A DNA stretch of 32,000 nucleotides from an uncultured Lachnospiraceae bacterium (GTDB lineage: Bacteria > Bacillota > Clostridia > Lachnospirales > Lachnospiraceae): NCBI GenBank assembly GCA_910579615.1, contig CAJTUA010000003.1:97230-129229 (forward strand). The letters run 5' to 3'. Below, one piece after another: positions 31,822 through 32,000 of this stretch. The stretch's first letter is position 1, and each line of letters opens with the position of its first letter. Both the position numbers and the translations under genes were made by a program. The notes under the pieces were generated by a model. The model saw only the letters and a list, made by a program, of their open reading frames with translations, was not told the origin of the DNA and searched no databases.

Positions 31822-32000
31822 ATGAAGGCAGGATGTTATTCGAACAGGGAGCTGTCCTGGCTGAAATTTAACGGGCGTGTCCTGGAGGAGGCGGAGGATT
31901 CCACGGTGCCGCTTGCGGAGCGCCTGACGTTCGCGTCAATTTTCCAGAGCAATCTGGATGAATTTTTTATGGTGCGTGTCGGCTCGCTGCACGACCAGAT
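31822..32000 (+). CDS. ppk1: polyphosphate kinase 1, 5' end (continues beyond the window)
   Basis: [49 protein letters not shown] is the conserved PPK1 N-terminus. ATG 31822 follows AAAGGAG. An alternative in-frame ATG lies at 31792. Confidence 0.85.
   Translation, partial: MKAGCYSNRELSWLKFNGRVLEEAEDSTVPLAERLTFASIFQSNLDEFFMVRVGSLHDQ

Noticed and set aside
1-32000. Scan for tRNA, rRNA, CRISPR and canonical defence or toxin-antitoxin modules
   Set aside because: I recognised no cloverleaf-like GTTCGAATC/T-loop contexts, no rRNA-like conserved blocks and no repeat-spacer arrays. There are no restriction-modification, Cas, Abi or classical TA gene pairs. The SAS and GNAT genes lack adjacent antitoxin-like partners.

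Overview
This 32-kb chromosomal window looks like a Clostridia-type Firmicute. Starts are preceded by GGAGG-type Shine-Dalgarno sites 5-12 nt upstream. Promoters are SigA-like (TTGACA/TATAAT), there is a T-box leader, and terminators are hairpin plus T-run. Bases 1-3220 are a visibly AT-rich accessory segment: a hand count gives 19 G+C in 2101-2160 against 41 G+C in 5521-5580. This segment holds small ORFs, an RHH-like gene, a small gene split by a frameshift, a 5'-truncated secreted-protein gene and an N-terminal transposase remnant. From about 3300 onward the sequence is GC-richer and mostly housekeeping. In order it contains: an unknown 362-aa protein, a GNAT, an amidohydrolase and an AraC/GyrI-like regulator; a metY-nifS-nifU operon divergent from an Rrf2 (IscR/CymR-like) regulator; a GrpB + pyrophosphatase-like + Nudix fusion; T-box-controlled metG followed directly by a GH78-like glycosidase; a CPA2 antiporter; a sensor diguanylate cyclase; a NudC-like Nudix; an acidic hypothetical protein; two ankyrin-repeat proteins; nagA plus an aminotransferase; a RelQ-type small alarmone synthetase; an S1-domain protein; asnA; and the 5' end of ppk1. 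I saw no rRNA, tRNA, CRISPR array or recognisable canonical defence or toxin-antitoxin system. The most unusual signal is a tandem pair (plus a fragment) of 100-nt rod-hairpin repeats that fill the transcribed leader of metY-nifS-nifU, with G.U pairs only on the sense strand. Secondary items are the three-domain GrpB fusion, the paired ankyrin genes, the IS-scarred compositional boundary near 2.8-3.2 kb, and a second long hairpin between the metG T-box terminator and the metG RBS. All homology calls are motif recognition by eye. No database search was run.
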